Positions 60,600 through 64,000 of a DNA stretch of 64,000 nt are shown one piece after another. Source of the stretch: Lama guanicoe (taxonomy: Eukaryota); the NCBI GenBank assembly GCA_013239625.1, contig MU053934.1, positions 8,143,352 to 8,207,351 of the forward strand, in the 5' to 3' direction. Each line of letters begins with the position of its first letter. Within the stretch, counting starts at the first letter, position 1. The position numbers and the translations under genes were made by a program. The notes under the pieces were generated by a model. The model saw nothing but the letters and a program-made list of their open reading frames with translations. It was not told where the DNA came from and searched no databases.

Positions 60600-61990
60600 A
60601 GTAGGAGGAAAATAAACATTGTCTAAAGAAACAGGATTAAAGGCGTCATAGCACAGCATAATTATGAAGAGAACCATAAGATGAAAACCACAGCTTTCCA
60701 AATTGTCAGAAGACATACACACAAAAAACAAAACAAAGAAAACAGAGACCATCTGGTGAAAATTGACAACCCCCACAAAAGCTATAAAAACAGAAAGCAT
60801 ATCATAAACTATGATGACAGAACTAAGATTAAATGCAGCTGCCATATTAGTAAATGTTAATGAGCCATACATATTTGCTGGAAAAAAGAGACTCTCAGAC
60901 TAGATAACAAGCAAACCCACTGAAGGTAAAATGATTCAGAAAGGTTTCGTATGATTAAAAAGTTCTGCAGAAGGATGGAGTGATGTCTGTACAGCAATGT
61001 GTATGTATTTAATGCCAGTGAACAGTACAGTGCTTAAAATGGTAAATTGTATGTTATATGTTTTACTGTAATTATAAAAAAAGGATGTGTAGAAATACAA
61101 CAAACACAAACCATGAGAAAGCAGGGATCTTGATCTGAATATTAGACAACACTGAACTCAGGGCAAGAAACAGTGAAAGAGAAAAAGAAGGCACTGTGTG
61201 GGGATCAAGGATGAGTCACCATGAGGACCTAAAAGTAGCAGGTGTCTTTGGACCAAATAACATAGACTCACATGTCATAGAGCAAGAACTCCCGGAAATT
61301 TTGGAATAAAAAGACAGCAAAATGCTAGTATTGGTGCACTGTAATTCAACTCTCTGCCCACTATATATTAATTTGACAAAAACATAAATAATTTATAGAG
61401 AGCCAAATAACCTTATTAATAACATAGTATTTGTCTGTGTATTAAACAGAATCTACCTTCTGTTCAAATGCTCCTGAAAATGTATACACACAAAAATGAC
61501 TATCAGGCTACAAAGGAAGTAAATTCCAAAAAGCAGATATAACACAACATTCTCTGATCACAATATACTAGGATTTGAAAATACTAATAAAACCACAAAA
61601 CATGAACTCTACTACCCATGAGTTTAAAAACTCTTTAAAATAACTTGTATCAAAGACAGAGAGAAAATAAATCAAAGTTGCAAAATATCTAGACAGTAAT
61701 AAAAATAAAAAGATTACATTTCAGAACCTGTGTGATGCAGCTAAAGCAATGCTCAGAGGAAAATTAATAGCTTTAAATATTGATCTTAATAAAACATAAA
61801 TTAGCTATCCAGCTCATAAGCTAGAAAAACAAAGGCAAAATACCCAAGGAAAGCATAGGAAAGCAATTGAGAAATTAAAGCTGAAATGAAGTTAAAAAAG
61901 TAAAAGGAAGGAATGAATAAATCAATCCAATTCCTGGTTCTTTATGAAAAACAAGGAGATGTTAACTGTTGGTGAATCTAGTGAAAGCAG
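60600..61990 (+). mobile_element. Old L1M ORF2 (endonuclease-region) remnant, degraded
   Basis: ttctctgatcacaat; cagaacctgtgtgatgcagctaaagcaatgctcagaggaaaatt; A-rich. Confidence 0.75.
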
Positions 61991-62361
61991 TTGGAGGAGA
62001 TGACCATCTGAAAGTTGTCTGGACTTCTGTTTTCCAATTCCACTTCTATGCTCTCTCTTAATCCCTCTAGATGGGCTTTTGCCCGAACTGTTCTGCAGAG
62101 TTTGGCCTTGTTAAGATCACCAAAAACCTCCATGTTGCTGTATCCAGTGGTCAGTTCTCAGCCCTCCTTTTGCGTGTCCTCTTGGCAGCACTAAGACAGG
62201 TGATCACTTCTGCGTCCAGGACACTCCAGGTCCCTCTCCGGGTCCTCCTCCTCCTTCTCTGGCTGCTGCTTCTCGGGCTCCTCTGGGGGTCCCTCCCCAC
62301 CTTCCCAGCCTCCTCTTCTCTCCACCTCTGTTCCCGAGGACCCCGTCTGCTCCCAAGGATT

Positions 62362-63152
62362 TAAACACATTAATGTCTCTCCAGCCTCAAGCTCCCAACA
62401 TAGCTCCAAACTGTCTACTTGACATCACCAACTGGATATTTCTTTTTCCCTTTTTCTTTGTAAATTGAAGTATAGTGTAAATTGACAGTGTGTCAATTTC
62501 TGGTGTACAGCATAACGTCTCAGCCATGGATATGTATACACATATTTGTTTTCATATTCTTTTTCGTTAAAGGTTATTACAAAATATTAAATGTTCCCTA
62601 TGCTGTACAGAAGAAATTTGTTTTTAATCTATTTTTATATATAGTGGTTAACATTTGCAAACCTCAAACTCCCAAATTTATCCCTTCCCATCCCCTTTCC
62701 CCCAGTAACCATAAGATTGTTTACTATGTCTGTGAGTCTGTTTCTGTTTTGTTCATATAAACACATTAATGTCTCTCCAGCCTCAAGCTCCCAACATAGC
62801 TCCAAACTGTCTACTTGACATCACCAACTGGATATTTCTTTTTCCCTTTTTCTTTGTAAATTGAAGTATAGTGTAAATTGACAGTGTGTCAATTTCTGGT
62901 GTACAGCATAACGTCTCAGCCATGGATATGTATACACATATTTGTTTTCATATTCTTTTTCGTTAAAGGTTATTACAAAATATTAAATGTTCCCTATGCT
63001 GTACAGAAGAAATTTGTTTTTAATCTATTTTTATATATAGTGGTTAACATTTGCAAACCTCAAACTCCCAAATTTATCCCTTCCCATCCCCTTTCCCCCA
63101 GTAACCATAAGATTGTTTACTATGTCTGTGAGTCTGTTTCTGTTTTGTTCAT
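62362..63152. repeat. Direct tandem duplication: 395-bp copies at 62362-62756 and 62758-63152
   Basis: Copies appear identical by eye; ORFs at 62482 and 62878 (offset 396) give identical 92-aa translations. Confidence 0.95.
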
Positions 63153-63370
63153 TAGTGTTCTCTTTTTTCTTTTTTTAGATTCCACATGTGAGTGGTATCA
63201 TATGGTATTTTCCTTTGTCTTTCTGGTTTACTTTACTTAGAATGACAATCTCTAGGTCCATCCATGTTGCTGCAAATGGCATTCTTTTCTTCTTTATTAT
63301 GGCTGAGTAGTATTCCATTGCAGAAATACACCACAACTTTTTTATCCAGTCATCTGTCGATAGACATTTA
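62442..63370 (-). mobile_element. Young L1 3' end (same family as 38016-38297), partly duplicated
   Basis: ttgaagtatag...tgtgtcaatttctggtgtacagc...gattccacatgtgagtggtatcatatggtattt...ccatccatgttgctgcaaatgg. Confidence 0.9.
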
Positions 63371-64000
63371 GAGACATCTCAAACTTAAAATGCTCAAAAC
63401 TAAAATCCTGATCTTTCTCCCCAGATCAGCTCTCCCCACAATTTTCCTGAGCTCAGTAAATACAACTCCATTGGAGTCCCAGAGCAGCTTCGGCCCCTCC
63501 CTTTCTCTCACAACCACATCCAGCCCATCAGTAAACCCTTCAGCTGTGTCCATAAACCTTGCATTTCCTGCAACCTCCATTGCTACTCCCATGGCCCCCT
63601 CACTGGTCAAGTCTCCCTGTTCAACCTCCACACAGCAGCCAGAGGGATCCTGTGAAAATCTTCATCACATCATGTCACCCCTCTGCTCAAAACCCTCACT
63701 GGCTCCCGTCTCCCTCCAAGGAGAAGCCACAGACCTCCTCTGCAACCTCTCTGCTCACATCCCTTGTCTTCTCTTTTGTTCCACCTGCTGCAGCTGTGAT
63801 GGCTTGTTTTACAGGGCCACTTGACTGGGCCGTGGGGGTAGCGCCCAGATATTTGCTCAAACACGGTGCCAGGTGGGTTTTGGTGAGGGCATTTCTAGAT
63901 GAGATGCACATTTGAATCTGTGGACAGAGTCAAGCGGGTCTCCCTCCCCGATGCAGGGGTGCCTCCTCCAACTCGCTGAGGCCCTGGACCAAACAAACAG

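Larger units (their letters stand above)
62000..63790. mobile_element. L2 element interrupted by a young L1
   Basis: ccatgttgctgtatccagtggtcagttctcagc; ctacttgacatc...resumes gacatctcaaacttaaaatgctcaaaact. Confidence 0.75.

Noticed and set aside
62482..63240. Two identical hydrophobic ORFs (similar ORF at 37875-38204)
   Set aside because: Antisense L1 3' UTR, duplicated; not a gene family
1..64000. CRISPR arrays, operons or other prokaryotic-type novel systems
   Set aside because: Sequence is spliced mammalian DNA; no repeat-spacer arrays or intact long ORFs with recognisable domains were seen

Overview
Mammalian genomic DNA, very GC-rich, probably camelid (alpaca/camel-type tRNA-derived SINEs and L1 3' ends). 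It is syntenic with the human PARVB-PARVG-SHISAL1 locus. Plus strand: the last two coding exons of PARVB (312-384, 1653-1729) and the complete PARVG CDS in 12 GT-AG exons (12863-29852, 996 nt, 331 aa, no frameshift or stop). Minus strand: the ~6 kb terminal exon of SHISAL1 (58539 to ~52530), apparently starting with the last base of an intron-split stop codon; 58540-64000 is then SHISAL1 intron. The rest is interspersed repeats (L1, L2, MIR, MaLR/ERV LTRs, hAT MITEs, SINEs) and microsatellites. There is no CRISPR array, prokaryotic system or credible novel protein gene, and the long ORFs in the track are GC/repeat artefacts. Most notable observations: a CpG-island-like element apparently built on an AT-rich L1 relic inside PARVG; an orphan poly(A)-tailed insertion with a 16-bp TSD; a 5'-inverted L1 nested in an ERV solo LTR with both TSDs intact; an E-to-R change in a conserved parvin CH2 motif; a stop-inserting NAGNAG acceptor; and a perfect 395-bp tandem duplication. 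Gene and repeat names come from my recognition of the sequences, not from database searches.
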